64,000 nt of DNA from Prochlorococcus sp. AG-402-L18 (GTDB lineage Bacteria > Cyanobacteriota > Cyanobacteriia > PCC-6307 > Cyanobiaceae), in NCBI GenBank assembly GCA_003216725.1, contig QCIL01000004.1:26392-90391 (forward strand). The letters are read 5' to 3'. Each line of letters starts with the position of its first letter. Position 1 is the stretch's first letter. The notes below the pieces were generated by a model that was not told the origin of the DNA, made no database searches, and was given only the letters and a program-made list of their open reading frames with translations. The position numbers and the translations under genes are program-made. Shown here one piece after another: positions 63,973-64,000 of the stretch.

Positions 63973-64000
63973 TTAAGGTCTAAAGCCTGCTGGCTCAATT
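63973..64000 (-). CDS. 3' end of the Prochlorococcus/Synechococcus hyperconserved protein (PSHCP), partial
   Basis: Minus strand reads ...IEPAGFRP-stop, matching the recalled PSHCP C-terminus and its position next to tRNA-Asp/gltX. Only 8 codons are visible. Confidence 0.7.

Overview
A strongly AT-rich, gene-dense window from a high-light-adapted Prochlorococcus chromosome. It is essentially core genome, running cysK, two transsulfuration genes, rpsD, murE, mqo, lepA, a photolyase cluster, rsmB, chlG, hisF, ndhB, topA, cobT, ribE, ctaCDE/ctaAB, groEL2, fabG, ispD, ppx, cobM, lgt, petCA, tatC, gmk, psaFJ, tsaD, hli, gltX and tRNA-Asp, and ending in the 3' end of the hyperconserved protein gene. 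I found no prophage, integrase, IS element or CRISPR array. Main points of interest: (1) a complete nitrogen-sensing unit with a -10 box, a perfect NtcA palindrome over the start site, a glutamine-II riboswitch, a 57-aa DUF4278 peptide and a terminator; (2) a DUF393-TIGR03643-DUF2256-(6-4) photolyase operon whose photolyase lacks most Fe-S ligands; (3) several small genes missed by the ORF track; (4) two in-frame tandem-repeat proteins; (5) a K-box-like site upstream of groEL2; (6) a possible block-mosaic ancestry, inferred from recall and needing alignment. All family assignments come from motif recognition and remembered synteny; no database search was run.
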